From Candidatus Bipolaricaulia bacterium (lineage in GTDB: Bacteria > Bipolaricaulota > Bipolaricaulia > JBHIAT01), in NCBI GenBank assembly GCA_046758705.1, contig JBHIAT010000032.1, positions 1 through 26,699 on the forward strand: a stretch of DNA of 26,699 nucleotides, given 5' to 3'. The notes beneath the pieces were generated by a model that was not told the origin of the DNA, did no database searches, and saw only the letters and a program-made list of their open reading frames with translations. Below, one piece after another: positions 25,397 to 26,699 of this stretch. A program made the translations under genes and the position numbers. Numbering within the stretch: the stretch's first letter is position 1; each line of letters opens with the position of its first letter.

Positions 25397-26158
25397 ATGA
25401 CAGACAAGCAACTTGATTTGGAGACTCAACAGAAACAGGGGACGAACACACCCAACCCTGGTCCATCGCTGTCCGAGGCACAGATTCAGGAGCTCAAAAA
25501 GCCGCTCGACGAACGCCGGGTCGAGAAGCGCCAGGCAAAGTTCGGGATGGTTCAATACCTGCCGACCTACGACATCATCGAGCGCGCCAACGAGATCTTC
25601 GGCTTCGGTGGCTGGCAGCGGGAGATCATACGGCTGGAGCAGGTCTACGAGGAGGAGGGCGAGGGCTTCCACAATGTCGCCTACCTTTGTGAGTCGCGGA
25701 TCCGGGTCGGCGACATCGTTCACGAGGATGTAGGGTTCGGCTCAGCGATCCACTACAGCGAGGTCGCCTCGGCGCACGAGAAGGCGGTGAAGAGCTCAGT
25801 GAGCGACTCGCTCAAGCGTTGCTTCCGTGCGTTCGGTTCTCAATTCGGCTTGAGTCTGTATCGATCCGGGGACCGGAAGAAGGTCGAGGAAGTTGAAGAG
25901 TCTCCGCCCCCATCCCAACCGGCACGGGCGACCAAGGATCAGCTCTCCAAGCTCCAGAACGAGCTCAGCACCTACGAGCTCACCGAGGACCAACTCATCG
26001 AGTACGTCAACACCAAGATGGAGAGCAACTTTACCGGGTTGGAGGAGCTGTCGATCCAGGTAACCAGCCGGGTGATCGAACGGTTCACCCAAGAGAAGAA
26101 GCAATTCGCCGACGAGATCCTCAAGGTCATTCAGGAAACCGATTCTGCTCCCTTTTAG
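25397..26158 (+). CDS. Rad52/Rad22-family single-strand annealing protein
   Basis: ANEIFGFGGW, HEDVGFG and EKAVKSSVSDSLKRCFRAFG match Rad52 core motifs; SD GGAGGTG overlaps the fxsA stop. Confidence 0.9.
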   Translation: MTDKQLDLETQQKQGTNTPNPGPSLSEAQIQELKKPLDERRVEKRQAKFGMVQYLPTYDIIERANEIFGFGGWQREIIRLEQVYEEEGEGFHNVAYLCESRIRVGDIVHEDVGFGSAIHYSEVASAHEKAVKSSVSDSLKRCFRAFGSQFGLSLYRSGDRKKVEEVEESPPPSQPARATKDQLSKLQNELSTYELTEDQLIEYVNTKMESNFTGLEELSIQVTSRVIERFTQEKKQFADEILKVIQETDSAPF

Positions 26159-26176
26159 CGACAATCCTCTGATGAA

Positions 26177-26638
26177 GTGAAGCCGGCGATGGATGAGGAG
26201 CAGGCTGTTAGGATTTTGGGTTTGGATCTGGGGGAGCGGCGCATCGGCCTGGCGGTCAGCGACCCGACCGGGACCATCGCCAGCGGTCGGGGAGTCTATA
26301 CCCGACAGAGGCTGGATCAGGATCTTGACCATCTGGAGCGGCTGATTGAGGCGGAAGGGATCATCGAGGTGGTGCTTGGCTACCCGCTCAATATGGACGG
26401 TTCCATCGGTGAACGCGCCCAGCAGACGCTCGCGTTCAAGGAGGAGCTGGAGGCACGGGTGGAGGTGCCCGTGGTGCTGTTCGACGAGCGGCTGTCAACC
26501 GCAGAGGCTGAGCGGGTACTGATCGAGGCGGACCTGAGCCGACGACGCAGGAAGCGGGTGATCGACGAACTGTCGGCGGTGGTCATCCTGCAAAGCTATC
26601 TGGATTGGCGACGGGCGTCGGTTGCTGAAGGCGAGTGA
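26177..26638 (+). CDS. ruvX: YqgF/RuvX pre-16S rRNA nuclease / Holliday junction resolvase-like protein
   Basis: RILGLDLGERRIGLAVSD, GYPLNMDG, FDERLST and D-x2-SAVVILQSYL. The start may be ATG 26189. Confidence 0.95.
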   Translation: MKPAMDEEQAVRILGLDLGERRIGLAVSDPTGTIASGRGVYTRQRLDQDLDHLERLIEAEGIIEVVLGYPLNMDGSIGERAQQTLAFKEELEARVEVPVVLFDERLSTAEAERVLIEADLSRRRRKRVIDELSAVVILQSYLDWRRASVAEGE

Positions 26639-26699
26639 ACCGGTCTGAAAAATTGACATAAGCGATAGACCAATGCCATAGAGGATCACAGAACAGCGC

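Noticed and set aside
25397-26158. Prophage remnant suggested by the Rad52/Sak-like gene
   Set aside because: No integrase, att-like repeats or other phage genes; codon style matches the neighbours.
26639-26699. TTGACA at 26653-26658 as a promoter, or the start of a next gene
   Set aside because: No convincing -10 box at the right spacing, and the window ends.
1-26699. CRISPR arrays, tRNA/rRNA genes and IS elements
   Set aside because: No spaced direct repeats, cloverleaf patterns, terminal inverted repeats or transposase ORFs were seen; intergenic gaps are short.

Overview
GC-rich bacterial chromosomal segment with about 26 densely packed genes, mostly housekeeping or cell-envelope. I found no rRNA, tRNA, CRISPR array, integrase or transposase. 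Order: wecA/tagO-like transferase (-), holB, a C2H2-zinc-finger/TM/DUF3105 protein, lnt, a Tat-exported halocyanin-like blue-copper protein, an oppABC-type ABC cluster without ATPases (-), then on the minus strand hflX, murA, a LysM-M23 peptidase and rho with a ~290-nt leader, an operon of two small Cys-rich proteins plus nfeD-floA-yqfB-like (-), ilvD, comEC lacking the metallo-beta-lactamase domain, an S2P/M50-CBS protease, a small acidic protein, an exported M14-like peptidase (-) divergent from a LysM L,D-transpeptidase, and a putative fxsA / Rad52-family / yqgF(ruvX) operon. Two observations stand out. (1) Both extracytoplasmic Cys-nucleophile envelope enzymes (Lnt and the L,D-transpeptidase) have Ser at the catalytic Cys, while cytoplasmic MurA keeps its Cys, and the Ser-Lnt overlaps a blue-copper protein gene. 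(2) A strongly eukaryote-like Rad52 protein with an SSB-like acidic -PF tail sits in a housekeeping operon with no phage genes nearby. Lnt suggests a diderm; a Ca. Bipolaricaulota/Thermotogota/Deinococcota-like affiliation is only a low-confidence impression. All family calls come from motif recognition, not database searches.
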